Virus record (IMG/VR): IMGVR_UViG_3300025133_000038
Coordinates: 55,351-119,350 of that record
Reading direction: 5' to 3' (one strand)
Source: a virus
Length of the DNA: 64,000 nucleotides
Shown: in pieces, positions 63,999 through 64,000 of the stretch
Layout of the letters: each line of letters starts with the position of its first letter
How positions within the stretch are numbered: position 1 is the stretch's first letter
Made by a program: the position numbers and the translations under genes
The notes under the pieces: generated by a model
Databases searched by the model: none
What the model was told of the DNA's origin: nothing
The model's input: only the letters and a program-made list of their open reading frames with translations

Positions 63999-64000
63999 GT

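Noticed and set aside
1-64000. Stop-codon reassignment
   Set aside because: Conserved genes are full length in code 11, and TAA, TAG and TGA all end genes; the dnaE break is a 2-kb insertion, not a read-through stop
1-64000. tRNA, rRNA, integrase or IS elements
   Set aside because: None recognised; intergenic gaps are few and explained by promoters or terminators

Overview
The window is a 64-kb internal segment of a large tailed dsDNA phage genome (standard genetic code, dense genes, many TAATG/ATGA overlaps, roughly 40% GC by eye). No sheath gene is visible, so the tail looks siphovirus-like. Weak clues suggest a Planctomycete host. The + strand (1-42.0 kb) carries replication and nucleotide-metabolism genes: ATP-dependent ligase, a CinA-NMNAT fusion, two sigma-70-family factors, ThyA, ClpP, dCMP deaminase, class II RNR, PhoH, RecA, DnaB, primase, dNMP kinase, a Cas4/RecB-like nuclease, MazG, SSB and a Rad52-like annealase. 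It also holds a 9-gene glycosyltransferase/NTP-transferase cluster. The - strand (42.0-64 kb) is the tail morphogenesis module, including a 3044-aa tape measure protein. Most notable: (1) an intein-free split DnaE whose halves flank a homing endonuclease and a DEDDh exonuclease; (2) a ~190-nt structured RNA bounded by a promoter and terminator upstream of nrdJ; (3) a tape measure built from four repeated 'GGxVPGxGxxDT...LTPGEFV' modules, with a nuclease-like insert between the first two; (4) a glycosylation cluster with no visible DNA-base acceptor pathway, beside S/T-G-rich virion proteins; (5) two promoter classes, ACCTTGACA-N16/17-TATAAT and GGTGTATAAT; (6) several apparent pseudo-enzymes; (7) apparent absence of GATC. 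All family calls come from motif recognition by eye, not database searches.
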